64,000 nucleotides of DNA, taken from the NCBI RefSeq assembly GCF_009914755.1, contig NC_060935.1; one strand, given 5' to 3'. The position numbers and the translations under genes were made by a program. The notes under the pieces were generated by a model that worked only from the letters and a program-made list of their open reading frames with translations, made no database searches and was not told the DNA's origin. Source of the DNA: the human T2T-CHM13v2.0 reference genome, Homo sapiens. How positions within the stretch are numbered: position 1 is the first letter of the stretch; each line of letters begins with the position of its first letter. Below, piece after piece: positions 1-11,851 of this stretch.

Positions 1-159
1 CTAACAGTTCTCTCAAACTAGCTCCCACTAAGGTCATACTGCCTGGTAATAGCTAGGTGTGGCTCCCTGCAACCCCCTCAACTGGACACTTGTGTATTAA
101 GCCAAAGGACAGACTTCTAAACAATTCTGGTCAGTGTGCCATGGGAGGAAGAGAATGGG

Positions 160-310
160 CTTCAAAGTCGGACAAAGCCAGGTTGCAATCACTGGTTCTG
201 CTACTTCCTTTTTGAATTACCTTGGGCAAATCACTTAATTTCTCTGAGTCTCAGTGTCTTCATCTGAAAAATGAGGATGATAAAACCTACCTCATAAGGT
301 GAATATACAA
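160..310 (+). mobile_element. MIR SINE fragment
   Basis: MIR core 'accttgggcaaatcacttaatttctctgagtctcagtgtcttcatctgaaaaatgaggatgataaaacctacctcata'; boundaries approximate. Confidence 0.8.
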
Positions 311-330
311 AGACCTTACAATCTTGGACT

Positions 331-1000
331 GTATAGTGGGTTGAACAATGGTCCTCCAAAAGATGTTAGTCAATGCCTTAACCCCCAGAACTTGTGAATG
401 TGACCTTTTATGGAAAAAGGGTCTTTGCACATATAATTAAGTTAAGGATTTTGAAATAAGAAGCTTGTCCTAGATTATCTGAGTGAGCCTAAATGTCATC
501 ACAAGAGAAAAGCAGAGGGAAATCTGACACACAGACAAAAGAGGAGGAGGCAGTGTGACCATGGAGGCAGGGACTGGAGTGATGTGGCCACAAGTCAAGG
601 AATGGCAGCAGCCACCAGAAGCTGGAAGGGTCAAAGAACAGATTCTCCCCTAGAGCCCACAGACTCTCTGCAGATGTAACCAAGTTAAAGACCTTGGAAT
701 GAGTGCAATCTCTCTTCTTTATAAGAGAAAGAAGAAAAGATGCATCACACAGAGAAGGCCACGTGAAGACAGAGGCAGGGTCAGGGTTTTTGCAGCCACA
801 AGCCAAGGAATGCCTGGAAACACCAGAAGATGGAAGAGTCAAGAGAACTGTCTCTCCTAGAGCCTCCAGAGGGAGCATGGCCCTGCTGACACCTTGATTT
901 TGGACATCTGGCCTCCAGAAGTGAGAGCATAAATATGAGAGAATAAATTCCTATCATAAACCACACAGATTGTGGTACTTTATTATGGGAGACTAATAAT
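331..1000 (+). mobile_element. MLT1B/MLT1C-type MaLR LTR sequence (two overlapping or partly duplicated pieces)
   Basis: 'tgtgaatgtgacctttatggaaaaagggtctttgcac', 'ggagtgatgtggccacaagtcaaggaatggcagcagccaccagaagctgga' and 'ccctgctgacaccttgattttggac' match MLT1 LTR motifs; the central block occurs twice (~545-660 and ~760-880). Confidence 0.75.
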
Positions 1001-1079
1001 TTTTAGGTTACGAATACTAATAATTATTCATATTATTATGCTAATACACACTGCCTATCTCCTTAACTTATCATGTATC

Positions 1080-1560
1080 ACCCCTCATCTCCCTCATACA
1101 AACTATGTTACAAGAATGCAAGCTTTGGGAGAATGGAACCTTATCTAACTTGGTCATTATCAAAACCCTAATGATTAGCATGGCACCAGGTAGACGGTAG
1201 GTGCTCCATACATTTTTTTAAATAAATGAATTAATTGCAGTTCCTCAAACATAATATGCTATGTCATGCCTCCATGTCTTTGCATATGCTATTCCCTCTG
1301 CCTAGAATGCCCTCCTCATTCCCTTACAAACACCTATAAAATTATCCTTCAAAACTCTACTGAGATATCACCTCTTCTCTGCATGCCTTTCCTTATCACA
1401 TAGATTAATCTCTCTATATTAATTCCGTGCCAAGTACATTGCTGTAATACAGCAGTTCTTACATTGCACTCTAATCATGTGTATATGTGTCCATCTCACT
1501 CAAAAGAGAAGAGCTTCTCAGAGGGCAAGAGAGTAATGTGATTTACTGCTTCTAAGTCCT
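1080..1560. mobile_element. L2 LINE fragments
   Basis: 'gcatggcaccaggtagacggtaggtgctccatacatt...aaatgaat' and 'tttgcatatgctattccctctgcctagaatgccctcc' are typical L2 3' motifs. Confidence 0.65.
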
Positions 1561-2534
1561 CAGCATCCACAACATAGGACACAGCTACATACACGTAGAG
1601 CTTCCCCCTCCTTCCACATATTTCAGCACTGAAAGGGCAATTCTCCCCAAAAAAGGGGTAAATCTTACCAGCCTGAGGCCCAGAAATAAGCCTACAGGAT
1701 CCAAAGAGTCCATGAGCCCCTTCTAGACCTATTTCCAAACTCCCTCTAAACAGAAGCCATAGACAGAACCTTATGACTGCAGAATCCTGGGAATGGTATT
1801 GTTTAATTAAACAGAGACTCAAGTCACCAGCATCTGGCTCAGGCTGGGCCTCTGGGACTTGAGCAAGCAACATTTCATCATTAGGAGGAAAGGAGATGAC
1901 AAACTCTTTCCTGAAAGAACCCAGCAGGCAGGCAGCAGAATTACTGGATGTGGATAAATAAAACCATTATTTCCAAATACATATCCCAGGCAGCACTAAA
2001 TGCATTCTCCGTATCACAGGCGATACTAAATTTAGAACTGGCAGTTTGAGTCATATGCTGATTCCTAAAGAGAAAAACTAAATTCAAGGGGGAAAAATGA
2101 AGTGAAATATGAAAATAAAAATGCAATCTTAGTCTATAAGAGCAAGCTATCAAGAGAGGTGAAGGGGAAGTTACCCACACAGAAATTCTGGATGAAAAAG
2201 AACTCCAAATGGGGACAGGGCAGGGTTTTGCTAGGTACCAGCAACTGCAGCCTTTGGGGAAACCTCTGGAGCGGCTCCCTGTGTGGAGTTTCAGAGAGGC
2301 AGGAGTGGAATCTGCATTTGAACAATAACGTGTGAAGCACCCAAAGCCATCCCAAGGGCCAAGGCTCACTGATTCCAAAGTGCCATCAGGCACACTGTCT
2401 CACTGAAGTTTTTTTCCTATCCTGCAGTGAAGGTGCGTCACCCCCATTTTACATCGAAGAACCGAGCCTAGAGGGGTCAAGTGACTTGCCCAAGTCATAC
2501 CATCAGTGAGGAGGAGCACAGAGATTTCATTTAA

Positions 2535-3085
2535 TAAACTCTTAATTTTAGAATAGCTTTAGGTTTACAGAAAAGTTTTAAAGATAGTACTAAGTTCCCA
2601 AATATCCCTCCCCGAGTTTCCCCCATTGTCAACATCTTATATTACTGTGGTACATCTGTTACAACTAAGGGACCAGCACTGGTACATTACTATTAGCCAA
2701 ACGTCATATTGTATTTAGATTTTGCTAGTTTCTCCCTAATGTCCTTTCTCTGCTCCAGGATACCGTATTACATTTAGCCATCATGTCTCCTTAGTCTCCT
2801 CTGGTCTGCTACGGTTTCTCCAACTTTGTTTTTGATGATCTTGACAGTTTTGAGTACTAGCAGGTATTTTGTAGGATGTCCCTCAATTGAGTTTTTCTGA
2901 TGTTTTACTCATAGTTAGACTGCGATTATGGGCTTGGAGGAGGAAGACCACAGAGGTGAAGTGTCCTTATCATCACACTATATAAAAGTTATATACTATC
3001 AACATGATTTATCACTGATGATGTTAACCTTGGTCACCTGGGCAAGGTAGTGTTTGCCAGGTTTCTCCACTGTAAGGCTATTCCT
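2535..3085 (-). mobile_element. Old L1 3' UTR fragment (L1MC/L1MD-like)
   Basis: 'ttttagaatagctttaggtttacagaaaagtt...catcttatattactgtggtacatctgttacaactaagg...gatgttaaccttggtcacctgggcaaggtagtgtttgccaggtttctccactgtaa'. Confidence 0.75.
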
Positions 3086-3509
3086 CACTCATCCCCCTCC
3101 CCCAACCCCTTTCCATGCTCTACTCTTTGAAAGCAAGTTAGGTGCTCCCAGGAGGAACAGTTTGGATGGAGCCTGAAAGAATAATAAGATATTAAAGTGT
3201 CAAAGGACATCCCAAGTAGAGGGAACTGCAATGTAGGTAAGTGCAGGCATATCTGGGGAACAGGGCTGGGGGCAAGGTATTGGCAAACAGGGGAAGAGAA
3301 GGCGGGGAGGGTGGCTAGGCCCAAACTGAGTAGTGCCCTACAGTCAAGCACGGGGCTTGGACTAATCTGTAGGTGAGAGCCATCTCCTCTCATCACCTTG
3401 CTTAGGGCACTCAGGGTACTGCTCAGGTGCTGAGAAGTGGGACTGTTTTATGAGTGAGATGCTGACTTCCAGCTTCCTTTATTCCCCACAATTCTCCTGC
3501 TCTTTGAGG

Positions 3510-4200
3510 CATAGATTGCTGGTTACCTACTTATTATCCATTCTCCTCTTCTTTCCTGGTAACAGACTTCAAATTTTATTCAGGATAAACATATGCCCAG
3601 CTAAAAGTCTCACTTCCCAGCCCTCATAACAGGTTTGGCTATGTAACTAGGCTCTGGCCAGTTTTTAGTTGACATTGCTTGGTACCACTTCAGGGAAAGT
3701 GCCTTAAAAGGGCCTCTTTTTGGCCGGGCGCGGTGGCTCATGCCTGTAATCCCAGCACTTTGGGAGGCCGAGGCGGGCGGATCACGACATCAGGAGATTG
3801 AGACCATCCTGGCTAACACGGTGAAACCCCGTCTCTACTAAAAATACAAAAAATTAGCCGGGCATGGTGGCGGGCGCCTGTAGTCCTAGCTACTCAGGAG
3901 GCTGAGGCAGGAGAATGGCGTGAACCCAGGAGGCGGAGCTTGCAGTGAGCCAAGATCGCACCACTGCACTCCAGCCTGGGTGACAGAGCGAGACACCGTC
4001 TCAAAAAAAAAAAAAGGCCTCTCTTTGTCCTTTCTCCCTTCTATCTGGCTGAATATTGCTAGCAACCATCTTGGACCTTGAGAAAATCTTGAAGACAAAG
4101 GCCTATGTTAAGGATAGTGAAACAGAGAGATAGAAATAATTAGGGCCCTTGATATCTGTAGAACTATTATAGCAATCTTGTGGGGGGATATCATCAGACC
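3510..4200. mobile_element. Old MaLR LTR (MLT1I/J/K-like) interrupted by AluY
   Basis: 'ccattctcctcttctttcctggtaacagacttc...cccagctaaaagtctcacttcccagccctc...ggctatgtaactaggctctggcca' resembles old MLT1 LTRs and resumes after the Alu. Confidence 0.55.
3722..4015 (+). mobile_element. Full-length AluY
   Basis: ggccgggcgcggtggctca...; Y-diagnostic 'gagaccatcctggctaacacggtgaaacccc' and 'gagaatggcgtgaacccaggaggcggagcttgcag'; poly(A); imperfect TSD aaaag(g)gcctct. Confidence 0.95.
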
Positions 4201-4213
4201 TGTCATGCGTGAA

Positions 4214-4603
4214 TGTATTAGTCTGCTTGGGCTGCCATAACAAAAAATACCACAGACTGGGTAGCTGAAACAACAGAAATTAATTTTCTCACAGTTCTAG
4301 AAGCTAGACGTCTACAATCAAGGTGCCATCAGAGTTGGTTTCTAGCAAGTCTCTCCCTGGCCTGCAGATGGCTGCCTTCTTGCTGTGTCCTCACATGGCC
4401 TTTCCTCTGCATGTAAAGGGAGAGCAATTCCTAGTGTCTCTTCTGCATCTCATAATGATATGTCATATTAGATTAGGGCTCCATCCTTAAGACCTCACTT
4501 AACCTTCATTACCTCCTTAAATACCTTATCTCCAAATACAGTCACATTGGGGGTTAGGGATTTAATCTACGAATTTTGGGGAGAAACAATTCAGTCCATA
4601 ACA
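4214..4603 (-). mobile_element. MLT1A0-type MaLR solo LTR
   Basis: Starts 'tgtattagtctgcttgggctgccataacaaaaaataccacagactgggtagctgaaacaacagaaatt' and ends 'aattcagtccataaca'. Confidence 0.85.
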
Positions 4604-6209
4604 GTGAGAGAAAATGCTTCTGTCTTGTCTAAGCCAATATTATTTCCGATGTCTAGCAATGTGCACACACTTTCTTAATGATAGACCTCCAAAATCCAAG
4701 GAACACCTTCTAAAGCTTCCACCTTGATGGCCTTGTTATCTGAAAGTCCAAAGGAAGGTACCAGAGATGGCATTCTTAAGTCATTTTGAATGCTGATTCA
4801 TTAATCACTTTCATCCATTCAACTGACAAACATTTACTGAGCATCTACTATACGCCAGATACTGAGTTATGTGCTGGGGACACTAAAGTAAATGAAAATG
4901 GTCCTTGACCTCTAGGGGCTTATAGTTTTTATTGATTTACTTACTCTAAGCTCATCTCCTTTGAAAGGGTATTCCTATAATACAGTAAATAAAATACAAG
5001 CGGAAATTCAAAACCATGGAAAGGAGGCGTATCCAAATGCCAGCCCTAGGAGCTTATATACATGCCGAAATTGAGCATCCAGGTTGGCTTTAGCTTCCTA
5101 GCAACCATGAAAGAGCAAGAGAGCGTGACTTGGTTCTTGTTTTCTGAAAGGAAAATGAATCCCAATCACTCACAGAAGTCAAATGTAAGCATTTTCTTTT
5201 CTGAACAAACTCTACCTAGTGTTTGTGGGTGCCCTGAATGTCCTGGAAAGTACCATTTTCTGATCAAATCCTAGTCAACGTTCCTCTAAATTCTATGTGC
5301 AGTTCATTAGCTCTTAGATACTCATTGAATAAAGCCAGAGAGTTCCATGGTTTGCACACATGCTTTTGGTTTCCTACTTTAGAGCTTATGGAAGACTGTG
5401 AGAGATCACTTCACTCACAGAGAGAATGGGGACTGGTAAATACAGAAAGCTCTGAAGCTTGGACATTAGGTGTATGATTTTAAGAATAAGAAACAGCAAG
5501 ATGGTATGACCCTAGAAAAGGGCCAGGGTATACAAAAAGATGAAACATCAAGATGAAGTCAGTACACCTCACTCACAGGGTTCCTTTCTTGGTGTATCAC
5601 AACAGGCAGCATCTTATAAGAGAAAGAGTATGGGTTTGAATCCCAGCTCTGCTACTCTATAACTTACTAGCTCTGTAATTTTGGGGGCTTTAGCAGCCCA
5701 GAGACTCAGTTTCCTCAGATAAGATGAAAATGGTGTCTACCTATCATGGGAATTAACTACCAAAACATATATGTAATCTCTGCCATAGTGCAATTATGGT
5801 AACAAAAGCCTACATATAAGGGCCTGATCTGTGCCAAGCACTGTATTATACACTTGACATGAATTATATCATTTAATCTTCACCATAAGGTAGATGCTAT
5901 TCAAGAATTCGAAAACTGTTGGTTTCTCCCCAAAGCTATGCCAAGCCATATCCTTTGATATTTCTGAAAGGAATGTATCAGTGCTTAGAAGCCTCTTTGC
6001 CAGATCCACTCCATGCAAAGCAGCTATATTGACACTAATTTTGTAACCATCTGCAATCCCAAAAGTTTGCCGCAACTGGTATAGACTTTTAATTCTCGGG
6101 CTCCCCAGTGGGAGTTTGAAGAACTCAAACCCTTCCAAGAGGCTCTTTTTAACCTCCATTTGCAATGGGAAGAAAGACACTGAGGAATTTGGAGCATGCT
6201 ATTCAAAAT

Positions 6210-6410
6210 AGAGTGCCCAGGCTGCACGGATGGGGAGTGGGAGTTACTGTTTAATAGGTACAACATTTCAGTATGGGAGAATAAAAATGTTCTGGAGATG
6301 GATGGTAATAATGGTTTCACAACAATGTGAATGTATTTAATGCCACTAGACTGCATGCTTAAAATGGTTAAAATAATAAATTTATGTCATATATATTTTA
6401 CAATAAAAGT
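6210..6410 (+). mobile_element. L1MB-type 3' end
   Basis: 'gttactgtttaataggtacaacatttcag...aaaatgttctggagatggatggtaataatggtttcacaacaatgtgaatgtatttaatgccactagactg...aaaatggttaaaataataaattt'. Confidence 0.85.
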
Positions 6411-7769
6411 AACAATAGTAATAATAATAACAAATAAAGTAACCAGGGCTGTGAGGAATCTAAACATCATATATGATAGAGAATATGTGAAAGAATTTAA
6501 GTGTTCTGAAGGAAAAAGTTTGAAAGCTCTGGTTTACAGGACAATGGTACTTACTACTTATGAAGCATATCATATATGTCAGGACTTTACCTAGATTATC
6601 TTTATTCTCCAGCAGGGCCCTGCAAGGCATTCCTTGCTTATAAGGATCAGGTGACCAGCCCAGGATCACACAGCTAGAAAGTGGTGAAGATGGGATTTGA
6701 ATTCAGCCAGTGTTCTTTCTTCTATACCACGCCGCCTCTCGTTCAAATATTAAATAGATGCCTGGATTTTAAAATGCCGAAAATTTATCTCAAGCCTGAG
6801 ATTTTATTATTCTGAATTGGGATGTAGGGGGTAGAAAGGTCAGATATCCATCTTCTTGAAGGCTCCCTGTACTGCCAGGGCATGTAGGTAAACCTCTCAG
6901 CCTATTGAATCCTGCCCTCTAGGGGCAACCATTATGATAAGAGGAAACTGGAGGGTCCTTGAGATCAGAACCAGAGGCAAAACCAGGTTGATGCTGCCAG
7001 GGGACTGCATCAGGGCCGCTGGATCATAATCAGCTCCTATGGCTGGGGAGGGAGCCATCAGCCAACAGAGAACACAAAGTAAGCTCCAAATACAGAAAGA
7101 GCTACTAAAAGCATTTCTCCCCACAGTGTAGTCACCATATCCCAGAAGAGAAATTTTGAAGAGGAAGAGAAAGACAATGACACAGGAATAATTAGAGTTC
7201 GGTGAGAAGGCTCTGAAATCTGCAGTGTATGTTCAAATCCTAGCCTATTGTTCTGTTGGTAAGACTTGTAACAGTTCTGGAGCTGCAGCACAATCTCCTA
7301 CTTGCCTTGGGTGCCCTCAGAAATCCCTCGGCATCACCTCCTACTCTTCAGTTACCTCTCGCCGCATCACTGAATCTTGCCCTCCAGAAAAACAGATTTG
7401 GGAAATGATCCTCAGGTCTAACTCAGTATCACGAACTTCCAGATAACAAAGGTATTAGGCCAGAGTGAAAGGATGAGTGGCAAGGAAATGGGTTTTCTGC
7501 AATGCTGGCTATTGATCAGAGACTCCTAGACACTGAATCTGTATTTTTCCCCACTGGATAAAGATGTAGACTTGCTGACCATTAGTTTGCTTCAAAAAGT
7601 GGAAGAGCTTTTTGTATAAGAAATGTTTGTGAACATTCTCTTAAAGGAAAACATAGCAGCACTAAGTTCTTCAAGAATGATGAGACAAGCCTTGAGTGAA
7701 AAAGGCCTGTGATGCAGCAAGAAGGGGCTGATTCCTGGATGCAACAGAACTCTATTCTGCATGGATGGT

Positions 7770-8300
7770 GTTACCTGCAGCTGCAAGTTCCACTAGGGAG
7801 CTAGGGGCTAGTGAAGGCGGAGTTGAGATACCCCGTATCTACTGTGTGCTGCCTGGACTCCTCACTCTCAAAACGTGTCTGTATCCTTGAGTGAGTAAGT
7901 CGGGAAGTTGATGTAATCTTACATGCGTGTGTGTTACAGGTATGAGTGTGTGTTTGTGGCCTCTTTCTACCAATCCACAGATTCTCACTGCATTTCCTCC
8001 AGCTTCCTTCAAGAATTTTCTCTTTAAGCTTGTAAGCCGGGACGCATTCATGTGAGCTCCACAGATGGCCTGCACCGGCAGCAGGAGTCTTTCCGAGAAG
8101 AGCCTTGGAATAGTGAGCAGAGCTGTGGCTGACCAGCCCTGCCGTGTGGATCCAGCTGGAGTCAGCTGGGCTCTACTCCACACAGCGCACGGCTGTCGCC
8201 TGCTCACTTCAAGTGGAGGATCTGGCACTTATTTTAGGTCCTTATAAATAATACATTTTGTCATCTTGATTCTTCAAGGCCTTCTTTTAAGCTATTTTTT
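7770..8300. promoter_or_regulatory. Candidate tissue-specific promoter/enhancer or alternative first exon (unique sequence)
   Basis: Repeat-free and locally CpG-retaining. TATAAATA 8243-8250, MEF2-like CTTATTTTAG 8228-8237, E-boxes CAGCTG 8153-8158, 8163-8168 and 7778-7783. Splice-donor-like sites on both strands. Confidence 0.35.
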
Positions 8301-8984
8301 CCTCTTTGGGAAAACCGCTTTTACTCTACAAGACAGAGTTGTTCATAAATCAAGAGGAGTTCCTGGTGGCCAAAGCCTAAGTTCCTGACTCCAGAAGAAG
8401 TGGGCAGCCACCCAACCTGATTAGTCAAAGCCTCATACCAGAAGAGAATCTTATTTTAAGGATGAAAAGAAATGTCCAACATCTGATTCCTTCACCTCCA
8501 ACCCAGAAAGTCCTAGTGCCTGAGCTTTAAATACGACATTCAACCCCTGCTTCCCCGAGAGTCCCTACAGGCTCATCAAGGTCAGGAAAATACTGAGGGT
8601 TCTTACCATCCGTAAAATGGGAACAAGGCTTCCTGTGTATAATTGTCCAAGTGTCTGGCATAAAGTCAGGGTTCAGCCTGTGAGCTCCCCGTTAACTCTT
8701 CTAGTCCCTTGCAACTCCCAAGAAGATACATTTATACTTTGAAAAATTGTTACTTTCTTCCTTCTTCACAACCATGAATCAATCACAGAGGAAGTGTTTT
8801 CCAGTTAATATGGCACAAAGAAACCTAGTAGGACAGTGACAAAGTGCTGAACTGGAATCAGATAGACCAGGGCTTGAGGCCTGGCTCTGCTACTTGTTAC
8901 GTGACCTTGGGTAAGTTCCCTAATCTCTCCAGACTTCAATGTCCTAATCAATAAATCGGACAAACCACTAACTTTATAGTCTCT

Positions 8985-9130
8985 TGCAAACTTTATTGTG
9001 CATGAAAATTACCAGGGAATACTGCTAAAGTGCAGATTCCGATTCAGCAGGTCTTAGGTAGTACCTGAGGTTCTCCATTTCTAATTAGCGTCTCCCTCCC
9101 TGCCTCTGGTTTGTGGACCACCTTTTGACC
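8985..9130. mobile_element. MER5A-type hAT-Charlie DNA transposon fragment
   Basis: 'tgctaaagtgcagattccgattcagcaggtcttaggtagtacctgaggttctccatttctaa...ggaccacc'; similar MER5 pieces at ~10830-11010, ~23630-23810 and ~27465-27645. Confidence 0.65.
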
Positions 9131-10082
9131 AGAAAAGAAGAACATGAACAGTCAAGACATGTTGTAAGTTGTAAAGGGCTATGCCACTTTAAAGTCTGAT
9201 TCATTAACCATTATCGTTTTACCTTAAAACACAAAGAAGACCATGAATTAACCCTTGATTCTTTATGGGTAAGCAAAATAGTGATTATTTATCTAGTAAA
9301 ATAACAGGAGCTGGGGTAAACCAGTTGTCACCAATCCTCTCCCCACACCACCCAAAAAAAAATCCAACAACTACTAACCAACAAACTGCAACACTCCTCC
9401 TATCAGCTGTGAAAAAGTAAACCTACAAACAAAATCCCTAATAGAGCTTAAAACTATTTCAGATGAAAACTTTTAGGGGTGACAATGTAAACTACCCTGA
9501 TCCTCAAAAAAGCATTGTTTTAAGACCAAGTGTTTATGACTAAACCTAAGTGTTGGTTTTGAGTATAAAAGCAGATTTGGGTAGGTTGAAAAAGAAAACA
9601 AAAAACACATAAACATTGAGTTCCTGAGATTAGTTTGATGGAGGAGGAGAGGAAATTGATGACAGAATTTAATGGAATGGAAGAAGGAAGCCAGTGACAA
9701 GGACTGTAAAAAGGGCTTTCCTCCTTCTTGGAACAATCCTATACTCCAAGGCCAACTCCTTGGTGACACCTTTCCTGACAGGCTCAGATAGAGGTGATTT
9801 CTGCTCTGGTTGCCAAAGCACTAATACCCACCTCTCTACCCATCCTGGGGCCAGTGCTTATCACACTGTATTGAACACTCACATTGATCTCCAATCCCTT
9901 AAGGTCAAGGACCACATCCTATTTATATTCTCAGCCTGGCATAGTGCCCTGGCACATATTAGGCACTCAGTGAATAATGCTGATTGAATGCATGAAGTAG
10001 GGGATGTTGAAGAAAAAGTTAATGACCTTTCTTCAGGGTTTGCCTTTCCTGGAGCTATTCATTCATATATTCACTCACTTGG

Positions 10083-10365
10083 TGTCTTAGTACATTTTGT
10101 GCTGCTATAACAGAATAGCACAGACTGGATAATTTATAAATAATAGACGTTTATTGGTTTATAGTTCTGGAGGCTGAGATGTCTAATATCAAAGTGCCAG
10201 CATCTGGTGAGGGCCTTCCTGATGCATCGTAACATGGTAGATGGCAAGAGAGTGAGAGAGAGGAAGAGAGAGGGAGAGAGAGAGGAAGAGAGGGAGAGAG
10301 ATGGGGAGAGGGAGAGAGGTGGAGAGAGAGAGAGAGAGAGAGAGAGGGAAAGGGGGAGGGAGAGG

Positions 10366-10409
<44 letters not shown>

Positions 10410-10578
10410 ACATGTACATGCAAGAGTAAGTCAGGATGAACCGACTCCCTCCATAACAGCATTAGTCCATTCATAAGGGCAGACCTAAACACCTCTTACA
10501 CGTCCCACCTCTTAATGCTGTTATAATGACCAAGTTTTAACATGAATTTTGGAGGGGACAAACATTCAAACCGTATCA
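10083..10578 (-). mobile_element. MSTD/MSTC-type MaLR solo LTR containing an expanded GA microsatellite
   Basis: 'tgtcttagtacattttgtgctgctataacagaatagcacagactggataatttataaa...ttttggaggggacaaacattcaaaccgtatca'. Confidence 0.8.
10246..10408. repeat. (GA)n-rich polypurine tract
   Basis: 163 nt with only three T interruptions; purine-only 10321-10408. Confidence 0.95.
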
Positions 10579-11851
10579 CTTAGTAAGCATACATTTTCTA
10601 AGTGTGAGTACTCAGACCATTTACTGGTTTTCAGTGTATTTCAGTCTAAGAAATATTTCAAATTTTCTTTATCTCAAGACTGTAAACTTAATAATATGTG
10701 ATAAGTAAATATGTATAAACTTTTAGCATCTTCCCAAAGTACTTTTCTATTTTCACGGTAAACTGAATATATAATTTTCCTATTTTAAAACAAGGAAACT
10801 GAGGTCCAGGAAAAAAAACTATCTAAGGCAGAATCAAACTTTAGGTAAATAAAAATCACTTGGTGCACTTGTCAAAACTACAAGTTCCTGTCACCTACCT
10901 CCAGAGATTCTGATTCAGCAGGATGAGATAGAGCCCAGAAACCCACATTTTAATATTCCCCAGGTGATTCTGATGCAAGTGGTCTACAGACCTGGGGCAA
11001 GACCCCTACACAATTAAAGTCCAGTCCAGCACTCTCCTTCAGGCTGGGTGCCTGGCCTATTCTGGAGGTCAGCACGGGTTGCAGGTTGTCTCAGGGCTTT
11101 GGTTTCAAACCTAGAGTCACAGGATGGGAGGCAAGTCACATGTATGGCACTTTCATGGGGCCTGGTGGCAAAGCCAAAACCAGGGACACACTCAGACAAT
11201 GAGGGCAGTTCCAAGAGCCCATGAGTAAAATCATGAAGCCAGAATAGTAGCTGGCAAATGGATCCCATTTCTGAGGACTTAAGAGCTGGAAGGCCAGGTT
11301 CTGGAAAAGAATTAGGCCTTCTAGGGAAGAGGAACAACAACAACAATTGCAAAGAGGCTCATTTGGGGAAATACTGGAAGTGTTTGATGTATTTATCTTG
11401 GCTGTATACCCTTTCTTTTCCACTTTGAGATAGCCTACCAAATGGACAATTCAGTAAAGAACAATAACTGAAGACAGGGTAAGTTTCCCTCTTGTCTGTC
11501 TTCCACATCCAAGTCCTGCTGACTGGACCTCTATGTTCTCTCCCATCAGCCCCTTCTTCATCAGCCCACTTCCAAAGCCCTAATTAAAGACCTTGTGCAT
11601 TACCTTTCATCTGAACTGTAAAAACATCTCAAGGCTCTCCCTGACTCTTGCCTCTCCTTCAAACTACCTCCCCTAGAAAGCCTCATTAATCTCCCCAGAG
11701 CATAGGTTTCATCACAGAGTGTAAAAAGTCCACTATATCTGAAGCTAGAAGATCTGGTTCTGGCCCCAGCTCCAGCACCATCATTAACTAGTTGTCTGAC
11801 CTTGGGTTAGCAACTTCCCCTTTTGGGATTCTGTCATTATGTGTGAGATGG

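Noticed and set aside
5869-6180. Endogenous bornavirus-like origin for the orphan ORF
   Set aside because: No similarity seen to recalled bornavirus N or L sequences; left unassigned
10151-10492. ORFs rich in (SL)n, (ER)n
   Set aside because: Translation of the GA microsatellite
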